DNA of 64,000 nt from NCBI GenBank assembly GCA_963677435.1, contig OY781945.1, forward strand, positions 2,144,001-2,208,000. Direction: 5' to 3'. Below the pieces are notes generated by a model. The model did not search any database. It was not told the origin of the DNA and saw only the letters and a program-made list of their open reading frames with translations. This DNA is from an uncultured Aliarcobacter sp. (GTDB taxonomy: Bacteria > Campylobacterota > Campylobacteria > Campylobacterales > Arcobacteraceae). The position numbers were made by a program, and so were the translations under genes. Shown here in pieces: positions 11,055-21,622 of the stretch. Position 1 is the first letter of the stretch, and each line of letters begins with the position of its first letter.

Positions 11055-12041
11055 ATGGATAAAAATTTTATTGTTTTTGAAACAAATAGACTGGATAAAT
11101 TTCTTGCATTAAATATTGATGCTTCAAGGAATCAAATAGAACAATTAATCAAAAAAGAGTATGTTAAAGTAGATGGCAAGATAGTAAGTAAAACTGGCCT
11201 TAAATTAAAAGAAAATCAAAGTGTTGATGTTCACTTCCCTGAAGCTGAATTAAATCCTAAAAAAGATGAAACTTTTGTAAAAGAGTCTTTAAAAGAGAAA
11301 AATGTTGAAATCATCTATGAAGATAATGATATTTTAGTTATTAACAAACCTTATAATTTGACAGTTCATGATGCACCAAGTGTTAAAGATGCAACACTTG
11401 TTGACTGGTTAAAGCTAAATAATATTTCATTATCTACAATTAGTGGAGAAGAAAGACATGGCATTGTTCACAGACTTGATAAAGGTACAAGTGGTGTAAT
11501 GGTTGTTGCAAAAACAAATGAAGCCCATTTGGGATTATCTAAACAACTTGAAGATAAATCTATGGGAAGATATTATCTAGCAATTATTGATACACCCTTA
11601 AAAGATAATGTTGTAATTGATAAACCAATTGCTCGAAATCAAAACAATAGACTGAAAATGTCTATTGAAGAAAATGGAAGAAATGCAAAATCAGCTTTTT
11701 ATAAAATGGCATTGAGTAATAAAGAAAATTTTGAATTAATTGCTGCAAAATTATTCACAGGAAGAACTCATCAAATAAGAGTTCACTTAAGTTCGATAAA
11801 TAGGCATATATTAGGGGATAATTTATATGGTTTTAAGGGCGAATTAAATAAAATTAACAGGTTTTATTTGCATGCTTATTATCTTTATTTAACCCACCCA
11901 ATTTCTAATAAGCAAATGAGTTTCAAAGCAAATTTACCAAATGATATGAATGAATTCTTAGATAAAAATTTTCAACTGGAGAATATAAATGCCAAACTTA
12001 ATGAAAATAACATCATTAGCAACTTTAATACTTTTGCTTAA
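11055..12041 (+). CDS. rluD: RluA/RluD family 23S rRNA pseudouridine synthase
   Basis: N-terminal S4 domain (RLDKFL), INKP, HRLDKGTSG catalytic motif, TGRTHQIRVH. Confidence 0.9.
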   Translation: MDKNFIVFETNRLDKFLALNIDASRNQIEQLIKKEYVKVDGKIVSKTGLKLKENQSVDVHFPEAELNPKKDETFVKESLKEKNVEIIYEDNDILVINKPYNLTVHDAPSVKDATLVDWLKLNNISLSTISGEERHGIVHRLDKGTSGVMVVAKTNEAHLGLSKQLEDKSMGRYYLAIIDTPLKDNVVIDKPIARNQNNRLKMSIEENGRNAKSAFYKMALSNKENFELIAAKLFTGRTHQIRVHLSSINRHILGDNLYGFKGELNKINRFYLHAYYLYLTHPISNKQMSFKANLPNDMNEFLDKNFQLENINAKLNENNIISNFNTFA

Positions 12042-13032
12042 TGGGTGTACAAATATAATTGATACTTTAAATCCTGCTACAAATCCAAAAGTAGATAATA
12101 GTATAGAAGTTGTAAATTATAGCTCAATTAAATCTATTCCTGATATGGCAAATATTGGATTTGAATGGGAAAAAGTTGATGATCCAAGAGTAATTGGTTA
12201 TAATTTTTATAGAACAGAAATTGATAAAGGTTCAAAAGAATTAAAACTTATTAAATCAATTGATAATAAATATGCAACACACTATGTTGATAAAGGTTTA
12301 GAGCCAAAAACAAGATACGCTTATCAAATTTCTTCAAGAATAGATGGTGGAATTGAATCAAAAACAACTGATGCTTATATTGTTCAAACTCTTCCAAGAA
12401 TAGTACCTATTGATTTTGTTCAAGCAATATCTAATTTACCTCATAGTGTAAAATTATTATGGCGACCACATCCTGACAAAAGAGTTGGATATTATAGAAT
12501 TGAAAAATACAATACTTTTTTAAATGAATGGATTCTTTTAAAAACAATAAGTCAAAGATTACAAGCTGAATATCTTGATACTGGTTTAGATAATAATACA
12601 AGTTATAAGTATAGAATTAAAGCTTTTAGTTTTGATGATGTTGAATCAGCACCAAGTAAAGTTGTTATTGCAAAAACAAAACCTCTTCCTCAAGTGCCTT
12701 TAAATATAAAAGCATCAAATAATCAAAATAAAGAGATTATATTAAATTGGGATGCTTCACCAACGCCAGATGTTGTTAAATATGCAATATACAGAAGTGA
12801 TTTCAGTTTACTTGGTTATTCAAAAATAAAAGAAGTAGATGCAAATACTCATCAATTTATTGATAAAACTGAAAATAGTGGAAAAAGTTATTATTATAAA
12901 ATAATAGCTATTGATAAAGATGGTTTAGAAAGTGATACAAACTGGGTTCAAGGTATAAGTTTGAATACCCTTTCTAATCCAAGTTCAAACTTAGCTTTGT
13001 TTGAACAAAATAATGCTAATACAAAATCATAA
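11989..13032 (+). CDS. Fibronectin type III repeat lipoprotein (FlpA-like)
   Basis: Lipobox LLNGC; three FN3 repeats (W...Y..YR...Y.D.GL...Y.Y.I). Confidence 0.85.
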   Translation: MPNLMKITSLATLILLLNGCTNIIDTLNPATNPKVDNSIEVVNYSSIKSIPDMANIGFEWEKVDDPRVIGYNFYRTEIDKGSKELKLIKSIDNKYATHYVDKGLEPKTRYAYQISSRIDGGIESKTTDAYIVQTLPRIVPIDFVQAISNLPHSVKLLWRPHPDKRVGYYRIEKYNTFLNEWILLKTISQRLQAEYLDTGLDNNTSYKYRIKAFSFDDVESAPSKVVIAKTKPLPQVPLNIKASNNQNKEIILNWDASPTPDVVKYAIYRSDFSLLGYSKIKEVDANTHQFIDKTENSGKSYYYKIIAIDKDGLESDTNWVQGISLNTLSNPSSNLALFEQNNANTKS

Positions 13033-13055
13033 AAAATTAAATCATAAGAAGATAA

Positions 13056-14249
13056 ATGCCACATATAGTATTTGAAAAAAAAGAGTTGATTATTACTCCA
13101 TCACAAAAAGATGGAGTAAATTTTAAGTTTATTGCAAAATCATATAATTTCACAGAAAAAGTAAGAAGAACTGAATATAAAATTGCATTAGAAAATGAAA
13201 ATAAAGAGTTTTTATTATCACTAAAACCAAAAGATGACAATTTTATGGTTAAAGCGGATAAAGTAACTAGGATTTCACCTGTAACTTTAGTTAAAAATGC
13301 TTTAAATGCCTATGTAAATTTAAATGAAGCAAAAGTACTATTTTCAAACACAAATAATCTTAAATTTAAAGAAGAAACAAAAAACAGATATTTAAAAGAT
13401 ATTAACTATTTTGTTGATGAATTTAACACTGACAAAGAGATTCAAATAGAGATTGGGTTTGGAAGTGGTAGACATCTTTTACACCAAGCAAAAGCAAATC
13501 CTAATATTCAATTTATTGGTCTTGAAATTCATTATCCCTCAATTGAACAACTTCTAAAACAACTAGAGATTCAAAATATTACAAATGTATTAGTTGTAAA
13601 TTATGATGCAAGACTTTTTATGGAGTTTATTGAATCAAATAAAGTTGGAAAGATATTTGTACATTTCCCTGTTCCTTGGGATAAAAAACCACATAGAAGA
13701 ATATATTCAAATGAGTTTGTAAATGAAGCGCTAAGAGTTCTTAAAATTTCAGGAACACTGGAGCTTAGAACTGACAGTAGAAAATATTTTGATTACTGTA
13801 CAGAACTTCTTACAAATCTGCCAAAAGGAAGAATTACTATTGATATTAATAAAGATTTAGCAGTATCTAGTAAATATGAAGACAGATGGAAAAAACAGGG
13901 TAAAAACATTTATGATGTAGTTTTAGAAGCACAAAACAATGATGAAAATATTAATTTAAATTTTAACTTTTCTTTTGATTTTAAAATTGATTTTAATAAA
14001 ATATTAGTAACAATTCCTACAAAATCAATAATTGAGAGTAATTACTTTATCCATGTTGAAGAGCTTTATACTATTGAAGGCTCTTATAATTCTGGACTTA
14101 TAAAAATAACAATGGGAAATTTTGATAGACCTGTAACTAAATATTTATATGTAAATGAAGGTGCGATTTCATATTATCAAGGAAACCCTCTTCCTACAAG
14201 TTCAAATATAAATGCTCATGAAAAATTAAAAGAGATTTTAACTAAATGA
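13056..14249 (+). CDS. trmB: tRNA (guanine-N7)-methyltransferase
   Basis: EIGFGSG, GLEIH, HFPVPWDKKPHRR, LRTD and SKYE motifs; long epsilon-type form. Confidence 0.93.
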   Translation: MPHIVFEKKELIITPSQKDGVNFKFIAKSYNFTEKVRRTEYKIALENENKEFLLSLKPKDDNFMVKADKVTRISPVTLVKNALNAYVNLNEAKVLFSNTNNLKFKEETKNRYLKDINYFVDEFNTDKEIQIEIGFGSGRHLLHQAKANPNIQFIGLEIHYPSIEQLLKQLEIQNITNVLVVNYDARLFMEFIESNKVGKIFVHFPVPWDKKPHRRIYSNEFVNEALRVLKISGTLELRTDSRKYFDYCTELLTNLPKGRITIDINKDLAVSSKYEDRWKKQGKNIYDVVLEAQNNDENINLNFNFSFDFKIDFNKILVTIPTKSIIESNYFIHVEELYTIEGSYNSGLIKITMGNFDRPVTKYLYVNEGAISYYQGNPLPTSSNINAHEKLKEILTK

Positions 14250-14908
14250 TAGAAGCAAAAAATATTTATCTTTCATATGATGATAATAAATATATTATAA
14301 AAAAAGGGAACTTTTCTATAAAACCTAAAGAGTTTATATTTATAGGTGGAAACTCAGGAAGTGGAAAATCAACACTTTTAAAATCATTTTATGGGGATAT
14401 TCCTTTAAAACATGGAAGCTTAAAGATAGAGAATCAAGAAGTTTTTGGAATTAGAGGCAAAAAGTTAAGAGTTTTAAGAAAAGATATTGGTATTATTTTT
14501 CAAGATTATAAATTAATAAATGAATATACAATTGAAGAAAATATTATGATTCCTCTTAAAATCAATGGTTATTCAGATGAAATATCAAAAGATCAGGCAA
14601 ATAAACTTTTAGCTCATGTTAGACTTTCACACCGATCTGGTTATTACCCAAATGAACTAAGTGGTGGAGAACAACAAAGAGTTGCAGTTGCAAGGGCACT
14701 TGCTCATAATCCAAAAATAATTATTGCGGATGAACCAACTGGAAATCTTGATGATTATTCAGCGGAAGTTGTATGGAATTTATTAAAAGGTGCAAATGAG
14801 CAATTAGGAATTACTATTGTTGTTGTAACTCACAGAGTTCCTAAAAATCTTGGTATTAAATTCAGACAATTATCTATTGAGGATGGAATTATTTATGAAG
14901 TTTCTTAA
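14246..14908 (+). CDS. ftsE: Cell division ATP-binding protein FtsE
   Basis: GNSGSGKST, IFQDYKL, LSGGEQQRVAVARA, ADEPTGNLD; precedes ftsX. Confidence 0.9.
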   Translation: MIEAKNIYLSYDDNKYIIKKGNFSIKPKEFIFIGGNSGSGKSTLLKSFYGDIPLKHGSLKIENQEVFGIRGKKLRVLRKDIGIIFQDYKLINEYTIEENIMIPLKINGYSDEISKDQANKLLAHVRLSHRSGYYPNELSGGEQQRVAVARALAHNPKIIIADEPTGNLDDYSAEVVWNLLKGANEQLGITIVVVTHRVPKNLGIKFRQLSIEDGIIYEVS

Positions 14909-15713
14909 AAATGTATTTGCTTTTTTAATTCCATTACTTTCTATGTTGATAGCTTTTTCTATATTTTTATTAATAAATAATGTAGTTGATAATTATAAAA
15001 CAAAAATATCTAGGGATTATTCTATAGTTATTGTTACTACTTTACCATTAGAAAAAGATGCTATTAAAGAATTAGCAGGTATAAAAGTTGAAAGAATACA
15101 GAATTTGCCAAATGATAAAATTATTTCTAGTATAAAGTCTAATTTATCTGATACTTCTATTGAATTATTGAAACAAAAATTACCAAATTTTTATCAAATT
15201 TATTTAGAAATATTTCCAACAAGTAGTGAACTTGATGACATAAAAGAAACATTATTACAAAATAAAAATATTAGAAAAGTTGAAGTTTTTTATAAAAATC
15301 ACAACCAAATATATTTACTTTTGCTTTTATTAAATACGGTCTCTTTTATTTTATTTTTCATAATTGCACTTTTTGCAATAATAATTATTGCAAAGCAAAT
15401 AAAATTATGGTTCCATGAACAAAATGTAAAAATATCAATTTTAAGACTACATGGAGCATCTATTTTATATAGTGCATCATCTATTTTAAATTATGCAATG
15501 CTAAGTTCTTTATTATCTTTTTTAATATCAGCTGCATTTTTATATTATGTTTCAAATAATATGACTGTATTATTTCCTATTGAACTTCATGAAATAGTAG
15601 ATATTAATATAAATATATTTGTTGAATTAATGAAGATATTTTTATTATCATTTTCTATTTCAATATTTACAATATTTGGTGTATTATTAAAATATAAGAT
15701 AAATAATGATTAA
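14895..15713 (+). CDS. ftsX: Cell division permease FtsX
   Basis: Four-TM layout with ISILRLHGA motif; lies between ftsE and an envC-like gene. Confidence 0.85.
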   Translation: MKFLKNVFAFLIPLLSMLIAFSIFLLINNVVDNYKTKISRDYSIVIVTTLPLEKDAIKELAGIKVERIQNLPNDKIISSIKSNLSDTSIELLKQKLPNFYQIYLEIFPTSSELDDIKETLLQNKNIRKVEVFYKNHNQIYLLLLLLNTVSFILFFIIALFAIIIIAKQIKLWFHEQNVKISILRLHGASILYSASSILNYAMLSSLLSFLISAAFLYYVSNNMTVLFPIELHEIVDININIFVELMKIFLLSFSISIFTIFGVLLKYKINND

Positions 15714-17028
15714 ACAATTTTTCGTATTAAGTATATGTTTAAGCACTATTTTTGGTGCATCAAGCTCTAGTATTGACAAAAAAATACAAAAAAATAAAGA
15801 AATATTAGATTCAACAGATGATAAAAAACAAAATACTGCACTAAAACTAAAAGATTTAGCTGATAAAATTGAATCTCAAAATGAAAATATTACTAATCTT
15901 GAAAAAGATATAAAACAGATAAATTCAGATATAGAAGAACATCAAAAAATGCTTGAAGAATCAAAAAGTAAGTTAGATGAACTACAATCTAAATCTTCTC
16001 AATTAATAAAAGAAAAAACTACTAGTGAAGAACAAATTGTTGATACTATAATTGAAGAGTTTTCTGTTTCAATAGCATTAAAATTAGTTTCAGAAGACAG
16101 TTTACAAGAGTTAATTGATAATGAAATTTATACTCTATTATCACAACATTCAAAGGAAAAAGTTTCAAAATTAAATACAAACTATAGTACTTTATATGCA
16201 AATACAAAGAATAATCAAAAAGATATAGAAAAAATTGCTTCATACATAGAAGATAGACAAAAAACTAAAAATAAACTTACTAGTTTAAGAGAAAAACATA
16301 CAAATTCTTTAGCTAATTTAGAACAACAACATAAATCTTACCAAGAAGAATTAAATAAAGTTGCAAAAGAGCAAGAATCTTTAAAAAATCTTCTTTCAGA
16401 ATTAAATATTTTAAAAGAAGAAGAGATAAAAAAAGCTGAAAGAGAAGCTGAAGATAAAAGAAGAAAATTACAAGAACTTTTAGCTCAGAAAAAATCTTCA
16501 TCGCAAAAAACAGCTGAAGATGATGTTCCCGAAGATGAAATTCAAACATCAGATGTTAGAAATCAAAGATATGCAAAAACTTTAAATTTAGATGTAAGAA
16601 AAATTGGTTCTTCAACAGAAGGAATTACAATTATAAAATATAAGGGACCAAAAACTATTGCTCCTTTAAAATCGTTCAAAGTCGTAAAAAACTTTGGAAC
16701 ATATTACGATCCAGTTTATAAAATCAAATTATTTAATGAATCAATAGTTTTAAAAAGTGATGAACCAAAAGCAAAAGTTGTTTCTGTTTTAAATGGAAAA
16801 GTAGTTTATGCTAAAAAAAATGCAGGAATGCTTGATAATGTTGTTATTATTCAACATGAAGGAGGACTTCATACTATTTATTCACATTTAGATGAGATTT
16901 CTCCTACTTTAGTTGTTGGAAAATGGATACAACAAGGTTATGTTGTAGGACGAGTAAATGATACTTTAATGTTCCAAGCAACAAAAGATTCATCACATAT
17001 TGACCCAAAAGATTTATTTAGAATATGA
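15706..17028 (+). CDS. envC: Murein hydrolase activator EnvC-like (coiled coil plus degenerate M23)
   Basis: Signal peptide, long coiled coil, M23-like GKVVYA...VVIIQH...TIYSHL lacking other Zn ligands; in the ftsEX operon. Confidence 0.8.
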   Translation: MIKQFFVLSICLSTIFGASSSSIDKKIQKNKEILDSTDDKKQNTALKLKDLADKIESQNENITNLEKDIKQINSDIEEHQKMLEESKSKLDELQSKSSQLIKEKTTSEEQIVDTIIEEFSVSIALKLVSEDSLQELIDNEIYTLLSQHSKEKVSKLNTNYSTLYANTKNNQKDIEKIASYIEDRQKTKNKLTSLREKHTNSLANLEQQHKSYQEELNKVAKEQESLKNLLSELNILKEEEIKKAEREAEDKRRKLQELLAQKKSSSQKTAEDDVPEDEIQTSDVRNQRYAKTLNLDVRKIGSSTEGITIIKYKGPKTIAPLKSFKVVKNFGTYYDPVYKIKLFNESIVLKSDEPKAKVVSVLNGKVVYAKKNAGMLDNVVIIQHEGGLHTIYSHLDEISPTLVVGKWIQQGYVVGRVNDTLMFQATKDSSHIDPKDLFRI

Positions 17029-17477
17029 TAGTTTTTATTGATGGTGATGCCTTTCCTAATCTGTTAAAACCAATAATTTTAAGAGCTATTGAAAAACAAA
17101 AATTAGATACAATTGTAATTGCAAATAAAAAAATCAATATAGGTGATTCTAATTATATTAAATATATAATAGTAAACCAAGGTGCAGATGAAGCTGATGA
17201 TAAAATTGTTGAGATGTTAAATGAAAATGATTTAGTAATTACAGCAGATATTCCATTAGCAAATAGAACTATAGAAAAAAATGCCCATGCAATTGATCAT
17301 AGAGGTGCTATGTACACAGAAGATAACATCAAACAATATCTTGCAATTAGAAATCTAATGCAAGATATAAGAGATAGTGGAGAGATGACAAAAGGCCCTG
17401 CTGCTTTTTCTCAAAAAGATGCTCAACAGTTTGCAAACTCTTTAAATAGCTTTTTGCAAAAATATAATAAAAATTAA
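17025..17477 (+). CDS. YaiI/YqxD family protein (UPF0178)
   Basis: IDGDAFP, GADEADDKI and DLVITADIPLA motifs. Confidence 0.9.
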   Translation: MIVFIDGDAFPNLLKPIILRAIEKQKLDTIVIANKKINIGDSNYIKYIIVNQGADEADDKIVEMLNENDLVITADIPLANRTIEKNAHAIDHRGAMYTEDNIKQYLAIRNLMQDIRDSGEMTKGPAAFSQKDAQQFANSLNSFLQKYNKN

Positions 17478-17555
17478 GGATTTACCATTATTTTAATAGA
17501 CCAATCAACAAAAAATCAATTCAGAATTTTTTGTACTGAAAACAAAATCACAGAT

Positions 17556-18365
17556 ATGGAAATAGCCGTTCAATACTTTATAGTATTTGGTGGATTGAAT
17601 ATAAAAATAGATACAACAAAACCTCTACTTGAGTTAATAGAAAAACATATTTTAAATGAATATACAAATTTAAGATATGAAATTAACTCTATTAGTGGTG
17701 GATATAAAGTTGACCATGCAATTTTAACAGGAATTGCTCAAGGTGACAGAAGAACAAACTCATCTTTTAAAAGAGCCTTTGTAAGCTTTGAAGAGGGAAT
17801 GAAATGTGTTGAAAAACTTGTAGATAGAGGATTAATAGAAATTGAATCTTCTCAACATCACTTAGCTAAAAAAAGAGGTGATGATAAAATTTCTAAAAAA
17901 CTTCTTTTTACTACACCATTTTTAAGATTTTGGTTTGCTTTTGTATCTCCTATTTATAAAGGAATCAAAGAGAAAAACTATAAAGAGTTTTATGAACTTT
18001 ATGAAAATAAACAAGCTGAATTTGGAAACTTTATTTTTGAAGAGTTATCTATGGAATATTTAAGAGATACTTTTGTCGAAGATCCAGTTAAACAATTTGG
18101 TAAATATTGGGATGAAAAAGTTGAAATAGATTTAGTAGCAAAAACTACCTCTGGAAAGATCATCGCAGGAAGTTGCAAATATATAAATTCTAAACTAAAG
18201 AAAAATGAACTAAATAAATTAATAGAAGATTGTAAATCGATTGATTTAAATGTAGATACTTTTGTAATATTTAGTAAAAATGGCTTTTCAAATGAGTTAA
18301 AATCACAAAAAAGTGAAACTCTTAGACTATTTACACCTAAAAGTTTTAAGCTCTTATTGGCTTAA
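17556..18365 (+). CDS. DUF234-domain protein (archaeal-ATPase C-terminal wHTH plus nuclease-like region, no ATPase domain)
   Basis: PFLRFWFAFV, FEE, YWD...EIDLVA...CKY and FSKNGF motifs; the frame is open back to ATT at 17487 after AAGGA. Confidence 0.8.
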   Translation: MEIAVQYFIVFGGLNIKIDTTKPLLELIEKHILNEYTNLRYEINSISGGYKVDHAILTGIAQGDRRTNSSFKRAFVSFEEGMKCVEKLVDRGLIEIESSQHHLAKKRGDDKISKKLLFTTPFLRFWFAFVSPIYKGIKEKNYKEFYELYENKQAEFGNFIFEELSMEYLRDTFVEDPVKQFGKYWDEKVEIDLVAKTTSGKIIAGSCKYINSKLKKNELNKLIEDCKSIDLNVDTFVIFSKNGFSNELKSQKSETLRLFTPKSFKLLLA

Positions 18366-18403
18366 AACTCTTTTTGAGTAAAAAAAGTATAAGCTAAAAT
18401 AGC

Positions 18404-20233
18404 TTAAACTTCATTCATTCTTTTTTCAAACTCTTTATTCATCTCATCAAGCTTTGTTTGAGATATTTCAAGTGCTGAGAATTTTGTCTCTATATCTTTT
18501 TCATATTTAGTAATATTTTTTATAAGCTCAATTGATTTATTGTTGTCACCTTTATTTGTAGCTATTGTAAGCTCATTTTGATCATGATCAAGTAATTCTT
18601 CAAGTTTTGAGATTTCATTTTCAAGCTTTTCAACCTCTTTTTTAAGTGGAGATGTTGCTTTAGATTTTTCAGCAACAATTGCAGCTCTTAATTTTTTACT
18701 CTCTTTTTTATTTACTTTTACATTTTTCTCTTTTTTTACTTCAACAACATCATCATCCCAACCAATTTTTTCTAAGAACTCATCATATGTTCCATCAAAA
18801 CAAGTAGCTTCATCATTTGCAAATACAATCAATCTATCACAAACAGCTCTTAATAACTCTTCACTATGCGTTACAATAATACTAGAACCCTCAAAGGCTT
18901 TAATAGCTTTTGTTAAAGCTGCAATTGAATCCATGTCAAGGTGATTCGTAGGCTCATCTAGGAAAAGTAAGTTTACATCTTTTGCAATGATTTTTCCAAG
19001 CATTACCCTAGATTTTTCTCCCCCTGAAAGAAGTGTAATTTTCTTTTTAGCATTATCTCCACTAAACATCATTAACCCACAAATACTTCTTACAACTGAT
19101 TCTGGTAATTTTGTATTTGTTGAATGGATTTCATCCATAATTGTGCTATTTAAATTTAAATGAGAAATATTTGTTTGACCAAAGTGTCCAAAAACTGTAC
19201 TTCCATGATAATCAATAGTTCCACTTAAAGCTTTTAATTCATTTGCAATTACATTTAATAAAGTTGATTTACCTTTACCATTTTTCCCAATAATTCCTAA
19301 TGTTTCACCTCTTTGTAATGCAAAAGAGATATCTTTAAATAAAATATTATCTTTTGTATATCCAAAACTTACATCTTTTACTTCAAGTAAGAATTTTGCA
19401 GGTGTTTCTTTGTAATTAAAATCAAATTTCAAAGTTGAGTCATAACCAATATCTTCTAAAACATCCATTTTCTCTAAGATTTTAACTTTTGATTGTGCAA
19501 GTGCAGCAGTTGAAGCTCTTGCTTTATTTTTTGCAATAAAATCTTCAAGCTCTTTAATTTTTTTATCTTGAGCTATTTTTTGTTTTTCATGGTGTTCTTC
19601 ATTACTTGCTAATTGTTCATAAAACTTTTCTGTTCCACCCGCAATCATATAAGCATTTCTTCTGATAATTCCCATTGTATGTGTACAAACACTATCCATA
19701 AAATCTCTATCATGGGTAATAAGTATTACTTCACCATCAAAGTTTTTAAGAAAGGCTTTTAACCATCTAATAGATAAAATATCCAAGTAGTTTGTTGGCT
19801 CATCTAGAAGTAACATATTTGGTTCAGTTAATAATAATTTTGCAAGATTTATTCTAATTTGATAACCACCTGAAAATGATTTTGGCTCTTTTTCTAAATC
19901 TTCTTGAGAAAATCCAAGACCAAATAATATTTTTTCAACTTTGTAAAGACTGAATTTATCATCTTCTGCAAGTGCTAATGCTGTTTCATCTATTAAAGTT
20001 TTTTCAGTAAAATCAAAATATTGTTTTAATGCTCCAATTTTATAATTTCTAGGAATCATAACCTCGCCACTATCAGCTTGTTCTTCATTAAGAATTAATT
20101 TGAAAAGAGTAGATTTACCACTACCATTTCGCCCTACTAAACCTATTTTATTACCAGAATTTAGTCTTAAATTTAGTTCACTAAAAAGCTCATTTGGTCC
20201 ATAGCTTTTTGATACATTTGAAAGTTCTATCAT
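18404..20233 (-). CDS. ABC-F family ATP-binding protein
   Basis: Two ABC domains (GRNGSGKST/DEPTNYLD and GKNGKGKST/LSGGE/DEPTNHLD), no TM segments, C-terminal coiled coil. Confidence 0.92.
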   Translation of the reverse strand: MIELSNVSKSYGPNELFSELNLRLNSGNKIGLVGRNGSGKSTLFKLILNEEQADSGEVMIPRNYKIGALKQYFDFTEKTLIDETALALAEDDKFSLYKVEKILFGLGFSQEDLEKEPKSFSGGYQIRINLAKLLLTEPNMLLLDEPTNYLDILSIRWLKAFLKNFDGEVILITHDRDFMDSVCTHTMGIIRRNAYMIAGGTEKFYEQLASNEEHHEKQKIAQDKKIKELEDFIAKNKARASTAALAQSKVKILEKMDVLEDIGYDSTLKFDFNYKETPAKFLLEVKDVSFGYTKDNILFKDISFALQRGETLGIIGKNGKGKSTLLNVIANELKALSGTIDYHGSTVFGHFGQTNISHLNLNSTIMDEIHSTNTKLPESVVRSICGLMMFSGDNAKKKITLLSGGEKSRVMLGKIIAKDVNLLFLDEPTNHLDMDSIAALTKAIKAFEGSSIIVTHSEELLRAVCDRLIVFANDEATCFDGTYDEFLEKIGWDDDVVEVKKEKNVKVNKKESKKLRAAIVAEKSKATSPLKKEVEKLENEISKLEELLDHDQNELTIATNKGDNNKSIELIKNITKYEKDIETKFSALEISQTKLDEMNKEFEKRMNEV

Positions 20234-20320
20234 GTTTCTCTTTTATTATTGTGTTTTGTATTTGTTTAAGGTTGGGATTATACGATATATGTGGTTACAT
20301 GTTGATTAGAGAGAAAATAA

Positions 20321-20354
20321 AAAAAGGGCAAGAAGAAAACTTCTTGCCCTTTTT
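20321..20354 (-). terminator. Intrinsic terminator after dapD
   Basis: Perfect stem aaaaagggcaagaag-aaaa-cttcttgcccttttt. Confidence 0.85.
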
Positions 20355-20374
20355 AAGCTATTCAAAAATCAAGA

Positions 20375-21562
20375 TTAATGTAAATCAGCGTTTAATTTAA
20401 CTTCTCTAGTACTTCTCATAGCAATTGTTTGACCAGTTGAAGAATTAACTCTAAAGTGAACTCCATTTACTCCTTGGAAATCACTTCCTTTCATAACTGT
20501 TGTAATCTCTTTAGTTGGATTAATCTCTTTAAGTGCAGCAACTGCTTTTTCTGATAATGCAATTTTAGTTCCTGGTAAAATTGTAACACCAGCATCTAAA
20601 ATACAACCATCTCCAATTGCCGTTCCTGTACAAGAATTTGCACCTAATAGTGTGTTTTCTCCGATACTTACAGGAACTCCATCTGTTCCTGAAAGAACTC
20701 CAAGAATTGAAGCTCCACCACCAACATCAGATCCTGCTCCAACAACAGCAGAAGAAGAGATTCTTCCCTCAACCATAACTGAACCTAAAGTTCCTGCATT
20801 AAAGTTAACATAAGCAGCTCCAGGCATTACTGTTGTTCCAGCTGCTAATTGTGCTCCCATTCTAACTTTTGAAGTCTCTAGGATTCTTGTGTTATCAGCA
20901 GGGATAATATGTTGTAAGAATCTTGGGAATTTATCAACCATATCAATATTTGGGTATTTTCCAGAAAGTTTTAATACGATTTCATTTGCTCTTAACCAGT
21001 CAAGTTCAATTGGTTGATTTCCAACCCAAGCGCAGTTGTGTAATTTACCAAATGCACCAGTTAAATTTAAACTTCTAAGTGCTGCTTTTCCAGTTGAAAG
21101 TGCATATAATTTTAAATATACAGATTCTGTACTTTCAGGTGCAACATCTTCAAAAATAAATACAACTCTATAATCTTCAGCGCTTAATCCAGAATCTATT
21201 GGAAGTGAAGCAAGTGTTGAGATAACTTGAACATTTTTATGTGCATCGCCTTTTGCTTCAGGGATAAATGGTCTAAAAGCTTCAATACAAGAAGTTAAAA
21301 ACTCATCAGAAATTTTGCATACTAATTCAGATTTTGAAGTATCAACATTCTCTCCAGCTACTTTTAAAGCGTTTAAAAATACTGCTGCACTTCCAAAATT
21401 TTCATTCCAATTTATTAAAGGGAAAGTTGCTTGTAATATTTTATCTTTATTGATTTGTCCTCTATCTACTTTTGCAATACCAAATCCGATTGGGTTTTTG
21501 TACCATGATTGTGATTGTATATCATCTACTAATTGTTTGAATTCTTCTTTTGTATAAGCCAT
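20375..21562 (-). CDS. dapD: Tetrahydrodipicolinate N-succinyltransferase (epsilon/actinobacterial type)
   Basis: VYLKL, VDKFPR, YVNFNAGTLG, VEGRISS, SDVGGGASILGVLSG, C-terminal LNADLH. Confidence 0.93.
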   Translation of the reverse strand: MAYTKEEFKQLVDDIQSQSWYKNPIGFGIAKVDRGQINKDKILQATFPLINWNENFGSAAVFLNALKVAGENVDTSKSELVCKISDEFLTSCIEAFRPFIPEAKGDAHKNVQVISTLASLPIDSGLSAEDYRVVFIFEDVAPESTESVYLKLYALSTGKAALRSLNLTGAFGKLHNCAWVGNQPIELDWLRANEIVLKLSGKYPNIDMVDKFPRFLQHIIPADNTRILETSKVRMGAQLAAGTTVMPGAAYVNFNAGTLGSVMVEGRISSSAVVGAGSDVGGGASILGVLSGTDGVPVSIGENTLLGANSCTGTAIGDGCILDAGVTILPGTKIALSEKAVAALKEINPTKEITTVMKGSDFQGVNGVHFRVNSSTGQTIAMRSTREVKLNADLH

Positions 21563-21622
21563 TAGTTCTCCTATTAATTTTTTGATTTATTTTACTACAA
21601 AGAAGACTAATTTTAGGTTAAT

